Notes: generated from the sequence alone by a model not told the origin. 62,013 nucleotides of DNA, filler included, from 19 parts of 19 records of this genome joined end to end with filler, not necessarily neighbours in it; one strand, 5' to 3'; positions 38,434 through 53,031 are shown, numbered from the whole stretch's first letter. Translations and numbers: made by a program.

Positions 38434-39369
38434 ATGCAAGAAAATCAACAAATTACAAAGAAAGAACAATACAACCTGAACAAATTACAAAAACGTCTGC
38501 GTCGTAACGTGGGCGAAGCCATTGCTGACTTCAATATGATTGAAGAAGGCGATCGCATCATGGTTTGCCTCTCCGGGGGTAAAGACAGCTATACCATGCT
38601 GGAGATTCTGCGCAATTTGCAGCAAAGCGCGCCAATCAATTTTTCGCTGGTGGCTGTTAACCTCGATCAAAAGCAACCGGGCTTCCCGGAACACGTTCTG
38701 CCCGAGTATCTTGAAAAGCTGGGCGTTGAGTACAAGATTGTTGAAGAGAATACTTACGGTATCGTGAAAGAGAAGATTCCAGAGGGCAAAACCACTTGCT
38801 CACTGTGTTCTCGCCTTCGTCGCGGTATCCTTTATCGTACCGCAACGGAACTGGGGGCGACGAAGATCGCGTTGGGTCACCATCGTGACGATATCCTGCA
38901 AACGTTGTTCTTAAATATGTTCTACGGCGGTAAGATGAAAGGTATGCCTCCGAAACTGATGAGCGATGATGGCAAACATATCGTTATTCGTCCGCTGGCC
39001 TACTGCCGCGAGAAAGATATTCAGCGATTTGCCGATGCAAAAGCGTTCCCGATTATTCCGTGCAACCTGTGCGGTTCACAGCCTAACCTGCAACGTCAGG
39101 TGATTGCTGACATGTTGCGTGACTGGGATAAACGTTATCCAGGGCGTATCGAGACGATGTTCAGCGCGATGCAGAATGTGGTGCCGTCGCATCTGTGCGA
39201 TACCAACCTGTTCGATTTCAAAGGCATCACCCACGGTTCTGAAGTGGTTAACGGGGGTGATCTGGCGTTTGATCGCGAAGAGATCCCACTACAACCGGCG
39301 TGCTGGCAGCCAGAAGAAGATGAAAATCAGTTGGATGAGTTACGGCTGAATGTGGTTGAAGTGAAATAA
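38434..39369 (+). CDS. ttcA: tRNA-cytidine(32) 2-sulfurtransferase
   Basis: SGGKDS PP-loop, CSLC and CNLC motifs, 311 aa. Confidence 0.97.
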
Positions 39370-39412
39370 CCAGGATAGCGCCCGATGCGCAAGCGTATCG
39401 GGCTACTCTTAT

Positions 39413-39450
39413 GGAGGCCGGATAAGACGCGGCCAGCGTCGCATCCGGCA
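39413..39450. repeat. REP element
   Basis: GCCGGATAAGACGCGGCCAGCGTCGCATCCGGCA, between convergent ttcA and dbpA. Confidence 0.85.
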
Positions 39451-39497
39451 ATCCCGAATAAGATGTTTACTCTTGCACCCGGCAATTCAACATTTCA

Positions 39498-40871
39498 TTA
39501 TTTTAATAACCGCACCCGGCACGTTTTTCCTTTAATCTTCCCGCCCTGTAACTGTTTCCATGCTTTATGAGCAACAGCCTGACGGACCGCGACATAGACA
39601 TGCGCCGGATGCACGGCGATTTTGCCAATATCTGCGCCATCAAGCCCGATATCTCCTGTCAGTGCACCTAATACATCACCCGGGCGCATTTTGGCTTTTT
39701 TCCCGCCATCGATACACAACGTTGCCATTTCTGCTTCCAGCGTCGCAATGGAACTATTAGCTGGCGGCGTTTGCCAGTTAAGTTTTATCTGCAACATGTC
39801 AGAAATGATATTGGCCCGCTGTGCTTCTTCCGGAGCACAGAAACTGATCGCCAGACCGCTATTTCCTGCACGAGCTGTACGACCGATGCGATGTACATGA
39901 ACTTCAGGGTCCCACGCCAGCTCAAAGTTCACCACCAGCTCAAGCGATTTAATATCCAGACCACGCGCAGCAACATCAGTCGCGACCAGTACACGGGCGC
40001 TACCGTTAGCAAAACGTACCAGGGTCTGATCGCGATCGCGTTGCTCCAAATCGCCGTGTAATGACAATGCACTTTGCCCTACTTCATTCAGCGCGTCGCA
40101 GACAGCCTGGCAATCTTTTTTGGTATTGCAAAACACCACGCAAGAGGATGGCTGATGCAAGCTTAATAACCGTTGCAACAGAGGAATTTTGCCTTTGCTG
40201 GATGTCTCATAAAATTGTTGTTCAATGGGTGGCAAAGCATCTGTTGAGTCAATTTCAATCGCCAAAGGATCGCGTTGCACTCGTCCGCTGATTGCAGCGA
40301 TGGCTTCCGGCCAGGTTGCCGAAAACAGAAGCGTCTGTCGAGATGCAGGCGCAAAACGGATGACATCATCAATGGCATCGCTAAATCCCATATCCAGCAT
40401 GCGGTCGGCCTCATCCATCACCAGCGTATTCAACGCATCCAGTGATACCGTGCCTTTTTGCAGGTGATCCAGCAAACGCCCCGGCGTTGCCACGATAATA
40501 TGCGGCGCATGTTGCAACGAATCACGCTGCATACCGAACGGTTGACCACCGCACAACGTCAAAATTTTGGTATTTGGCAGAAAACGCGCCAGCCGACGCA
40601 ATTCACCTGCCACCTGATCCGCCAGTTCACGCGTAGGACACAGCACTAAAGCCTGGGTTTGAAATAGCGACGCATCAATTTGCTGTAACAAGCCGAGGCC
40701 AAAAGCCGCCGTTTTGCCGCTGCCGGTTTTCGCCTGCACGCGAACATCTTTTCCGGCAAGGATCGCCGGAAGCGCGGCGGCCTGCACCGGCGTCATGGTT
40801 AAATAACCCAACTCATTAAGGTTCGTGAGTTGGGCGGGAGGCAAAACATTCAGGGTAGAAAAAGCGGTCAC
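39498..40871 (-). CDS. dbpA: DEAD-box RNA helicase DbpA
   Basis: AKTGSGKT, DEAD, SAT and HRIGRTAR motifs, 457 aa. Confidence 0.97.
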   Translation of the reverse strand: MTAFSTLNVLPPAQLTNLNELGYLTMTPVQAAALPAILAGKDVRVQAKTGSGKTAAFGLGLLQQIDASLFQTQALVLCPTRELADQVAGELRRLARFLPNTKILTLCGGQPFGMQRDSLQHAPHIIVATPGRLLDHLQKGTVSLDALNTLVMDEADRMLDMGFSDAIDDVIRFAPASRQTLLFSATWPEAIAAISGRVQRDPLAIEIDSTDALPPIEQQFYETSSKGKIPLLQRLLSLHQPSSCVVFCNTKKDCQAVCDALNEVGQSALSLHGDLEQRDRDQTLVRFANGSARVLVATDVAARGLDIKSLELVVNFELAWDPEVHVHRIGRTARAGNSGLAISFCAPEEAQRANIISDMLQIKLNWQTPPANSSIATLEAEMATLCIDGGKKAKMRPGDVLGALTGDIGLDGADIGKIAVHPAHVYVAVRQAVAHKAWKQLQGGKIKGKTCRVRLLK

Positions 40872-40900
40872 AATCTATTCTCGTGGTCATCGACGCAAAG

Positions 40901-41074
40901 TTAGCAGGCGCGTATCCTCGCAGATCTACGCTCACGATGCGACAATTTAATCGGTTCTTCATCGGGTGGTGGGTCAGGCATGGGTTGCGGGCGAGGGATC
41001 GGATCGGGCACTGGAACAGGATCGCCAGGAATCGGTTCAGGGACAGGAATTTGCAAATAAATAAGTGTCGTCAT
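40901..41074 (-). CDS. ynaL: Small proline-rich protein YnaL
   Basis: 57-aa ORF MTTLIYLQIPVPEPIPGDPVPVPDPIPRPQPMPDPPP...RAC*, below the ORF-track cutoff. Confidence 0.7.
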   Translation of the reverse strand: MTTLIYLQIPVPEPIPGDPVPVPDPIPRPQPMPDPPPDEEPIKLSHRERRSARIRAC

Positions 41075-41131
41075 ATTTCCCTCTGGTCATTGGGTGGACT
41101 CTTAAAGGGTAGACGCTGATAAATAACAGGC

Positions 41132-41253
41132 AAAAAAAAGCCGACTCATCAAAGTCGGCGTCGTACGAATCAATTGTGCTATGCAGTAATTCAAAAAAGG
41201 AAGTAAGACAATATGGAGCGCAACGCCCATCGCTTGACGTTGCATTCACCTGC
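41132..41253 (-). ncRNA. fnrS: FnrS small RNA
   Basis: 122 nt GCAGGTGAATGCAACGTCAAG... ending in the GCCGAC/GTCGGC hairpin + T8, located between zntB and dbpA. Confidence 0.93.
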
Positions 41254-41288
41254 AAGAGAGATATTGCCCTGAATGGGTAGAGAGTTTA

Positions 41289-41302
41289 TTGACTTCGCTC
41301 AA
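41289..41302. promoter_or_regulatory. FNR box of fnrS
   Basis: TTGAC-N4-CTCAA centred about 42 nt upstream of the fnrS 5' end. Confidence 0.75.
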
Positions 41303-41348
41303 ACTTTGCGGCGTTTTTGTATACAGACAGCCGGAAAAATTGCTTTTG

Positions 41349-41712
<364 letters not shown>

Positions 41713-41812
41713 NNNNNNNNNNNNNNNNNNNNNNNNNNNNNNNNNNNNNNNNNNNNTTAATTAATTAANNNNNNNNNNNNNNNNNNNNNNNNNNNNNNNN
41801 NNNNNNNNNNNN

Positions 41813-41841
41813 AAAAACCCCGGAGCACGCCCCGGGGTTTT
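41813..41841 (-). terminator. Intrinsic terminator downstream of ftsH
   Basis: AAAAACCCCGG...CCGGGGTTTT hairpin. Confidence 0.75.
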
Positions 41842-41872
41842 CGGTACAAATACAGTCATCTGATGCGGGAAC

Positions 41873-43807
41873 TTACTTGTCGCCTAACTGCTCTGACATG
41901 GTGTTACCCGGGTTCGGCGTACGCGGTTCATCAACCGGACGAGGAGCCTTTGGACTACCATTGTCGCCAGAATTGTTAGAAGCGCCTGGTTCTTCCCAGC
42001 CCGCTGGCGGACGTACATCGCGACGTGCCATCAGGTCATCAATCTGCGGTGCGTCGATAGTCTCATATTTCATGAGAGCATCTTTCATCGCATGCAGAAT
42101 ATCCATATTGTCGGTCAGAAGCTGACGCGCACGATTATAGTTACGCTCAATCAGTGCTTTCACTTCCTGGTCGATGATACGTGCAGTTTCATCGGACATA
42201 TGTTTCGCTTTCGCTACGCTACGGCCGAGGAACACTTCACCTTCTTCTTCCGCGTACAGCAGTGGACCCAATTTCTCAGAGAAGCCCCACTGAGTCACCA
42301 TGTTACGTGCCAGGTTGGTCGCAACTTTAATATCGTTGGACGCACCGGTAGATACATGTTCCGGCCCGTAGATGATCTCTTCTGCCAGACGACCACCGTA
42401 CAGCGTAGAAATCTGGCTTTCCAGTTTCTGACGGCTGGCGCTGATTGCGTCGCCCTCAGGCAAGAAGAAAGTCACACCCAGCGCACGACCGCGTGGGATA
42501 ATCGTCACTTTGTGCACCGGATCGTGTTCCGGCACCAGGCGACCGATAATCGCATGACCCGCTTCGTGGTAAGCCGTCGATTCTTTCTGCGCTTCCGTCA
42601 TCACCATGGAGCGACGTTCCGCACCCATCATGATTTTGTCTTTCGCTTTCTCGAACTCAACCATCGACACAACGCGTTTGTTGCCACGAGCAGCGAACAG
42701 TGCCGCTTCGTTCACCAGGTTCGCCAGGTCAGCACCGGAGAAACCAGGAGTACCACGGGCAATGATTGCCGCGTCGATATCGGGTGCCAATGGTACGCGA
42801 CGCATGTGAACTTTCAGGATCTGCTCACGACCGCGAACATCTGGCAAGCCGACCACAACCTGACGGTCGAAACGGCCAGGACGCAGCAGGGCCGGGTCGA
42901 GAACGTCCGGACGGTTAGTCGCGGCGATAACGATGATACCTTCGTTACCTTCGAAGCCATCCATCTCAACCAGCATCTGGTTCAGAGTCTGTTCACGTTC
43001 ATCGTGACCACCGCCCAGACCAGCGCCACGCTGGCGGCCTACGGCGTCGATTTCATCGATAAAGATGATGCACGGTGCCGCTTTCTTCGCCTGTTCGAAC
43101 ATGTCACGAACACGGGATGCACCCACACCGACGAACATTTCTACGAAGTCAGAACCGGAGATAGTAAAGAACGGAACTTTCGCTTCGCCTGCAATCGCTT
43201 TCGCCAGCAGCGTTTTACCGGTACCCGGAGGACCGACCATCAAGACGCCTTTCGGGATCTTACCGCCGAGTTTCTGGAAGCGGCTCGGCTCGCGCAGATA
43301 CTCAACCAGTTCAGCAACTTCTTCTTTTGCTTCGTCGCAGCCCGCAACGTCAGCAAAGGTCGTTTTGATCTGATCTTCCGTCAGCATGCGCGCTTTGCTC
43401 TTACCAAACGACATGGCACCTTTGCCACCGCCGCCCTGCATTTGACGCATGAAGAAGATCCAGACACCAATCAGCAACAGCATCGGGAACCAGGAGATGA
43501 AGATAGAAGCCAGCAGGCTTGGTTCTTCAGGCGGTTCACCGACAACCTTGACGTTCTTGGTCAACAGGTTATCCAGTAATTTCGGATCCTGAACCGGAAT
43601 GTAAGTGGTATAACGGTTACTATCTTTCTTGGTAACGTTGATTTCACGTCCGTTGATACGCGCTTCACGAACCTGGTCGTTATTGACCTCTTGTAGGAAG
43701 GTAGAGTAATCCACCTTACGGCCATTAGACTCGCTGGGCCCAAAGCTCTGGAATACTGACATCAGCACAACGGCAATGACCAGCCAGAGTATTAGGTTTT
43801 TCGCCAT
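41873..43807 (-). CDS. ftsH: ATP-dependent zinc metalloprotease FtsH
   Basis: 644 aa from MAKNLIL, with GPPGTGKT and HEAGH motifs. Confidence 0.98.
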
Positions 43808-43906
43808 GTCACTCAAGGGATTAACCTCTTATTACAACTGTGTTAAAAACAGCGTCAGGATACTCTATATCCAGCATCTTTCAAACTTTCGTCTGAAATC
43901 TCCCGG

Positions 43907-44536
43907 TTAGGGTTTACGCCCGGTCGCTACAATATACACTTCCCGCGAACGTGCACGAGAAGAGTCCGGCTTACGAACTTTGACCTTCGTAAACAGGGAG
44001 CGAATTTCCCTTAGATACTCATCGAAACCTTCGCCCTGGAACACCTTCACTACAAAACTGCCACCTGGCGCTAATACATCACGACACATTTCTAGCGCCA
44101 GTTCCACCAGATACATGGCACGGGGGATATCCACCGCCGGTGTTCCGCTCATGTTTGGTGCCATATCGGACATGACAACCTGGACTTTGCTGTCGCCAAC
44201 GCGCTCCAGCAGTGCTTTCATCACCAGTTCATCACGAAAATCGCCCTGAAGAAAGTCCACACCAACGATAGGATCCATAGGTAAAAGATCGCAAGCGATG
44301 ATGCGGCCTTTGCCGCCAATTTGGGTGACCACATATTGTGACCAACCACCCGGAGCAGCACCAAGGTCGACAACCGTCATTCCCGGTTTAAAGAGTTTGT
44401 CACTTTGCTGTATTTCATCAAGTTTAAACCAGGCACGGGAACGTAACCCCTTTTTCTGTGCCTGTTGAACATATTTATCGCTAAAGTGTTCCTGAAGCCA
44501 GCGGCTGGAGCTGGCAGAACGCTTCTTACCTGTCAT
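43907..44536 (-). CDS. rlmE: 23S rRNA Um2552 methyltransferase
   Basis: [11 protein letters not shown] motif, 209 aa. Confidence 0.97.
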
Positions 44537-44661
44537 TTAACTTTCCCATGGGGATAACTCATCGTAACCAATTGCGTAAATTTTTACGCGCCTATTTGGT
44601 GATATATGGGAGATGGCGGTAGAATGACCCGTTTTCAATCCCAACGTAAGCAAAAAATACG

Positions 44662-44955
44662 ATGAATCTGAGTACTAAACAAAAACAGCACCTGAAAGGT
44701 CTGGCACATCCGCTCAAGCCAGTTGTTCTGCTTGGCAGTAATGGTTTGACCGAAGGGGTGCTGGCCGAGATTGAACAAGCGTTAGAGCACCATGAACTCA
44801 TCAAGGTGAAAATCGCCACCGAAGATCGCGAAACTAAAACCTTGATCGTGGAAGCTATCGTGCGCGAAACCGGCGCCTGTAATGTACAGGTCATCGGTAA
44901 AACGCTGGTGCTTTATCGCCCAACTAAAGAACGTAAAATCTCGCTGCCACGCTAA
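44662..44955 (+). CDS. yhbY: CRM-domain RNA-binding protein YhbY
   Basis: 97 aa with HELIKVK motif. Confidence 0.96.
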   Translation: MNLSTKQKQHLKGLAHPLKPVVLLGSNGLTEGVLAEIEQALEHHELIKVKIATEDRETKTLIVEAIVRETGACNVQVIGKTLVLYRPTKERKISLPR

Positions 44956-45043
44956 GATTATCCTAAAGTTACACACATTTGCTGTGTAAAACGAGGGGTT
45001 TTCCGCAGGCAGGAGAGCAAAATGCCACGCTCTGTTCGTTGAT

Positions 45044-45067
45044 AAAAGGCCGCATAGCGGCCTTTTT
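45044..45067. terminator. Bidirectional terminator between yhbY and greA
   Basis: AAAAGGCCGC-ATA-GCGGCCTTTT. Confidence 0.85.
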
Positions 45068-45110
45068 CCTTTCTTTACAATACATCAACATCTTGAGTAT
45101 TGGGTAATTC

Positions 45111-45587
<477 letters not shown>

Positions 45588-45681
45588 TTGTTATACCTCT
45601 TGAATATTCCTGATAGGGCAAGTCTTCACCCACCCCGGCTGTTCGGCCTGCCCGGCATAACTCCTTACCGGGACCAGAAGC

Positions 45682-45736
45682 AAAAAAATACCGACCCGGG
45701 TACAAGTCCCAGGTCAGCTACAATTCACATTTTGAT
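45682..45736 (-). ncRNA. greA leader / GraL short RNA with intrinsic terminator
   Basis: GACCTGGG...CCCGGGTC hairpin followed by a T7 run in the greA leader. Ends are approximate. Confidence 0.6.
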
Positions 45737-45834
45737 AGTCATTTTACCCTGAAGTTCCCGAAGGGTCATCGTTTACTTTATAGGGCGTTGCGCCGTAGTA
45801 TGACGGCTCGATTCCAGGTTGTTAGCGCGAGATT

Positions 45835-47268
<1,434 letters not shown>

Positions 47269-47438
47269 TCAAAAAGAAACCCCGGCACATGGCCGGGGCT
47301 TCAGATTATTGACAAAGTGCGCTTTGTTTATGCCGGATNNNNNNNNNNNNNNNNNNNNNNNNNNNNNNNNNNNNNNNNNNNNTTAATTAATTAANNNNNN
47401 NNNNNNNNNNNNNNNNNNNNNNNNNNNNNNNNNNNNNN

Positions 47439-48037
47439 GATGTCGCGGTGAATGAAGTTCTTTGAGTGAACGTACTCCACGCATCGTAGCTAGCAGACTC
47501 ACTTTAGTTCATGACATCGAGGAAGGACCGGAGATATGCATACCATTTGATCAGCCAAGAGCAAGACGGTCTTGAGAGAGAACTTGCGACCGCACAGATT
47601 GAAGAGATCTTCGATGCTTTTGCCCAGCAGATCCATAACCATAATGTTATATCCACCATCAGTGCCATACCACCGTACATTGGGAACAGAAGCTGTGTCA
47701 AGTTAGACTCAGCACATGGAGGGATGGCAATGAACATACGACCACCGTTTAGCAAGCGATATACTTTGTACTCGTACTGAAGCTGCGGATGCTTGCCTTT
47801 TACATCCTCCTGCAGAACGTTAGTCATCAGGGGCAGAGAGATCATTTATTTGTAACGTACCAATTTCACTGCGACCTCCTCCCCGGAAAGAAGACTTACA
47901 CCCGAATAGATCTCACCGAAGGATCCACTTCCAATCTTTTTGAGTAACTTATACCTTCCTCCAGGCCGAAGCTCTGTCGGATGGAGAGATTTCTCAACTA
48001 CTGATACAGAAGGCGGAAGAACCGACGCGGATGTCAT
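47439..48037 (-). CDS. Casein kinase I, 5' exons
   Basis: [50 protein letters not shown], with three short introns. Confidence 0.95.
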
Positions 48038-48501
48038 CAGGTGGGAAGAACTAACACCAAGAGGTGGGGCGGGGTGTAGTGCTGCGGACTTCAGTTTCGA
48101 TAAATATGACGTTCAAAACAGAAGTTGCGGATAGGAATTGGAAGTAACGTCAGGTGGCCACCTGCGCAGCTGTGACTTCAGCACGTTTGCATCAGCTGCG
48201 AGCCGACCAACGCGATGCTGCCGTCGACAGCACACGTGCGTGGTCTCTTTCTGTCAAGCGCATTGGAACATTTACTTCTGTCGTCATATTCGGCCCGGTA
48301 TGCAGTACAGCGAGCGGGAAATTCAAATGTGACGACAGGGACCCGCGGAAACAATTCCATCTAATTCCATTCAACCTGCCAACTCACGAAACCTAACCTA
48401 CCAGCTGTCGAAGTACAGCTGGGTTTGGCAGTGAGCGTTCCAAGCTATGCATTCATCCAGAAAAACGCTTGCGATTTGACCAATCGAATCGTACTACATC
48501 T

Positions 48502-49790
48502 ATGAGCTTCTGCGGATTCTGCTGCGGGACCCTCCCACCTGAAGAGAGAGAATGCATGACACGCAGCTTTCAAACGCAACAACTCGCTCTACCCGTGGGA
48601 AAAGACGACGAGACTGACTCATGTCGCTTTTTCTGTCCCATCTGCATGTTATATTATGATGGTACGCATTGTGAGATCCAAATCACCATCACAGGTGCTC
48701 ATCCCAATACATGGGACCGCATGTGTAGAATGTCTCAAGCCGCAATGCTGTCAACAGCAAGTCTGTGAAAGCTGCGCGCTGACTCTGCTCGTGAGTACGT
48801 CCCAACCGATCTAACACCTTCTGCGGTACACTCACAACAACGTCACGCTGTGCAGACAGGAAGGCGGTGCATTACAGCACACACATGATCAAGTGCGGGT
48901 GGAAGTATCACCTGCATTGCCCGTACTGCCGCACGTGGGGTCTGCGTTTTGAGCGTGTGCGTGAGGTGCGTTGTTCGTACACAAAGTGCACATAAACCTA
49001 ATCAACTTCGTATATGATGCACACACTCTCTCACACGCACACGCACTTACTCACAAGCACTCTGTGTGTTCGTTGATGGGTGTTCTGCAGCCGTCACAGG
49101 CCCGTCGCTACGATGACTCCCCCGCTGTGAAGGCGGCGCTGAGTCGCATTGTGAAGGAAAGACCCCCGCGCTCCCCTGTGCGGGCCGGGGCTACATTCGA
49201 ACAGCTCAAGGTACGGCTCAGGTGTGGTTGGTGGTTGGTTGAGATCGCTCACGAGTAAACGGGTGTTTGTTTTGCGAGCACATGAGTGCGAGTGTGATCT
49301 CTCTGCATCTGTGTGTATGTGTGCGAGTATGTGTACATGTGCGTGCAGACGTGCATGTATGTGCGTGGTAAATGTGTAACACGGTTCCCTCTCTCTCTCT
49401 CTCCCTCCCCCCATCGATCTGACTCTGATGATTGCACAGCGCAAAATGCTGGACTTTGACCGTATTGCCCTTCCTGCGCCGTCCCACATGCCTGCGTTCC
49501 AGCCCACGCTCTCCCTCACAAATTACGGCCTGCCACCGCTTCCCACGCGCCCTGTCACACGCAGTGCGGCTTCGACGCACTCACCGCACAACGATGACTC
49601 CCTCGTCACCACCATCACCACCGCATCATCATCATCTGCGTCACCAACGTTCTCGCATCTGGGGGAGGACGGATCCGTGAGTGTGCGGGATACCTCACAG
49701 GAGATGACGGTGGTCTCTATGGAGGAGGACAGCACTGCGAGCCAGTCACTCAGCTTCTCTAGTGCGGAGGGAGACCTCATCGCTGTCTGA
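48502..49790 (+). CDS. Sip5/GW2-type RING-finger protein, multi-exon
   Basis: Spliced reading CPICMLYYD|ECLKPQCCQQQVCESC...CPYC, Cys-rich N-terminus MSFCGFCCG, Ser/Thr-rich tail to TGA. Confidence 0.7.
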
Positions 49791-49965
49791 GCTTTTTTGA
49801 GCAAAGCGCGCGGAAACAGGGGCGAGGCTTCGAACAGGGAGACAGAGACAGAGACGGGCGGCGAGNNNNNNNNNNNNNNNNNNNNNNNNNNNNNNNNNNN
49901 NNNNNNNNNTTAATTAATTAANNNNNNNNNNNNNNNNNNNNNNNNNNNNNNNNNNNNNNNNNNNN

Positions 49966-50338
49966 GCTCATTCACGATCCCATTACCGCTATCGGACTCA
50001 TCATGTTCGCGTTGCTGTTCCTGCTGTTGGTGACGCCGCCTCTGAACTCGTTCTGGGCGAATGCGAGGAATGGCACGATGCACCTGACGCTGGTGCGCAC
50101 GCCGGTTCGATACAGAAGTGAACTTGGCGCTGCATGTTTTGCAGACAAGATCGTCCGGATCTAGCGGATGAAACCTGGGACGAGTTAGATCTCAGGGATA
50201 CCGCGACCCGGAATCGTACTGATCTGAGTGGGCTTTGATGTTCTTGTACGAAGCGGCAGTAGAAGGGCAGTAGTTACAGTGGAAAACTCCGGAATCATCT
50301 TCCCGAAATCCGGTAAATTTACGCTTTCGTCCGCCCAT
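49966..50338 (-). CDS. C2H2 zinc-finger protein, 5' part
   Basis: MGGRKRK...CNYC...HSDQ|FH...CKTC...F...HQRQVH after removing a ~45-nt GT-AG intron that has a CTAAC branch point. Confidence 0.75.
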
Positions 50339-50564
50339 TAGATCCTGGTGTGCCTGTCTAATATCATGACGCACTTTCCAGTAATCCTGGCGCAGAATCG
50401 GTGTCGAAGATGTTGCTCACGCTGATCCACCCCTCATGTCTGACTGAGAGGAGACAGCCTGTCTTTGCCTGAAACGGCGTCACCACGCATCACCACCATT
50501 TTCTGCGCTGCTTTCAATGTGGATTCGTGCAAGCGGGCTTTCGTGTGTGTTTAGCAGAGCACGG

Positions 50565-52006
50565 ATGCTGTCTCTGTTGAGAACTCAAGCGCGCACACTG
50601 CGGCCACTGTTTCGATTATCTGCGGTGTGCATATCTACTTCGCAGCCGTATCTGGCACGAAGAACCAACGAAGAAACTGCGAATCTGTTTCGTGAAGCAG
50701 TTAATAACCGCCAGTTAGGTGCTGCCGTGGAACTTTTGCAGACGGTGCAAGAACGAGATATTGCCACCTGCGCCGACTATGCAGCCATCATTGATCTGTA
50801 TGGATTTCTCCTTGGTAGCTTCTGCGTGTAACCCTGCTGTCCTTCATTTTTTACACGGCGCCTGCATGTCTCATCGGCGCATCGAATTATAGAGCCGGGG
50901 AACTGTACGCGAAGGACCCGCGGGCACGGCATGCTGTACCGACTATTGTTGAGCTCCTGAGAGCGCACTCTGTGCCTGCCGACACAGGGTTGCTGGTGGC
51001 TTTGATGAACACCTATCGCAAGTACGCTCTTCCGTGTGTGATGAGTTTAGGTGGGAGCGGTGTGGTTTGTGTGTGTGAGTGTTTGAGTGATTGCGCAGAG
51101 TGTGTTCTCTTCCGGATTTTCTGCTGTGCCGTTGTATGCAGCGATAACTATGCGTAAGCACGGAGTATGATGGAGCGTATGTTGGGTATCTGTATCGATG
51201 ATCACTGTCTGTTGGCAGAATCGGTGAGCCGGAAAGCGCACTTGCGCTGTTCAACACCTGGGACGCGTTTGGGCATGAGAAGGTACGATACGCAGCCACC
51301 CGCTCATCACGTGAAACATGTTGCGTGATGTGCGTGCTGTGGGGCTTCGATGTATCGTGCGTCCTGTTTGAGTTGGCATCTATCCTGCGACCACTCTGAC
51401 CCAAGTCTCCGCCTCCGCAGCGTGATCTGGTGTACAACCTAGCGATGGTGGCAGCCGTACAGATGGGCGATCTCAAGAAAGCTTTCGACATTCTGGGCCA
51501 GATGAACGACGCCGGTGTGCTTCCGGACGTATACTCATACACCACGCTGGCTGGGGGCATTGCAAAGATGGGGGAAGCCGATAAGATCTCGGAACTGCTG
51601 GACAGCATGATGGAGAACAACGTGCATCCCAATACGGTCCTCTTCAGCACGATCATACACGGTCCGTGTACTCTGTGCGGTGTCCCGCGTTGTGTGTAGA
51701 ACGCCGGCGGGTCGTGCTTTGTGCGTGGGTGTGCTGGCGAGTTGCTCGGTGTAGTGGTGCGTATATGCGCATCCAAGCATATGTGTAAAAACGAGCATGA
51801 TTGTCAGGGATGAGTTTGTGGCTGTGCGCACATTTTTCCATGAACATCTGATTCTTATTAATGTCATCTGTTTGTCTGTACGCAGATTACGCCAAGCGCG
51901 GCCTCCTCGATCAAGCGCTTCAAGTTCTGGAACGAATGCCCGCGTACAGTGTCAGACCCACGGCAGACGCTTTCAACCCTATCTTAAACGCGTACGCCAA
52001 AGCAGG
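50565..52006 (+). CDS. Pentatricopeptide repeat protein with probable mitochondrial transit peptide, 5' part
   Basis: R/S/L-rich N-terminus MLSLLRTQARTLRPLFRL. 35-aa repeats include PDVYSYTTL, PNTVLFSTIIH and PTADAFNPILNAYAK. Confidence 0.88.
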
Positions 52007-52309
52007 TATGCGGGTGTTGTTGTTGGTCGATGGCACCGTTTGCGGCCAACTTGTTCGACTGTGTTTCGCTTTGTAAGCCAGTTGTGTATTTGTCAGCAGG
52101 GATTGCGCCGGGTTTCCGTCATTGACATTCTGCTACGTACCGTATTGTGTTTGTATGATGTAATGCCATTTTTTTCTCCAAGTACCGTACCCCAATCAGT
52201 TATCTGTTTNNNNNNNNNNNNNNNNNNNNNNNNNNNNNNNNNNNNNNNNNNNNTTAATTAATTAANNNNNNNNNNNNNNNNNNNNNNNNNNNNNNNNNNN
52301 NNNNNNNNN

Positions 52310-53031
52310 GGTCTCTTGTGGGCATCCTCACCCCAATTGGATCACGCCGTCCTCTGAAGCCGAGAGACGGCTAGTTACAGCAGCTATTGCTCACCCCACG
52401 GACGTCCAAGTGGAGGCTCGCGCTGCCAACGTACTGAGCGATTCGCAGTGTCCCTCATTGGTACTCTCAGCTGGAGACCTTGCTTGTGCGCGTGTTGCTC
52501 TGACACGGCTTCCATAGGTGGACCTGTGTTGTCGCACGCTGGGGACCATGTCGATCACGGAGGCGGATGTGATTGAGCCGGAACTCTACGAGAAGGCACG
52601 TTCAGTATGACTGGTGCACGCTCTCATGTTATCCCAAGTGTGCGCACTGTGGTTTGTTCTCTGGTCGTACAATCGAACTATATACACACACAACACACAC
52701 TCACGCACGCACGCATTATATTATCTTCACGCAGATCGCGGAGTGGCACTCGGACTTCTCCCGCATGGACCGCCACTCCGTCTTTCGTACGGGCGTCTCC
52801 ATGGGAATGCGCCGCTACCGTGTGATTCGTATTGTCACACCATCGGACAGTGCTCCGGGCATGCAGGCGGGAATCCTCATCGCGGCCAGCAAAGATCGTG
52901 TTTCGTTCCTGGCAGCGTACCACACACGGACGGCGCTGGTGGTGGGTGTGACGCGGTATCAGAGTGTGTTTCCGCATCTGTCCAATTCGTTGGGGGCCGT
53001 GGCGGAGTACCTGATTGAGAATAAGATGTGA
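52310..53031 (+). CDS. Protein with a C-terminal profilin-like domain, 3' exons
   Basis: GVSMGMRRYRVIR...YHTRTALVVGV...LGAVAEYLIENKM* follows the profilin C-terminal pattern. Two introns lie upstream. Confidence 0.55.

Noticed and set aside
42092..43579. 495-aa ORF antisense to ftsH
   Set aside because: It is a shadow ORF of a codon-biased gene, with no recognisable motifs.
52596..52610. Possible GC-AG intron donor (AAG|GCACGT)
   Set aside because: An in-phase GT donor (TCA|GTATGA) lies 9 nt downstream. It cannot be resolved without cDNA.
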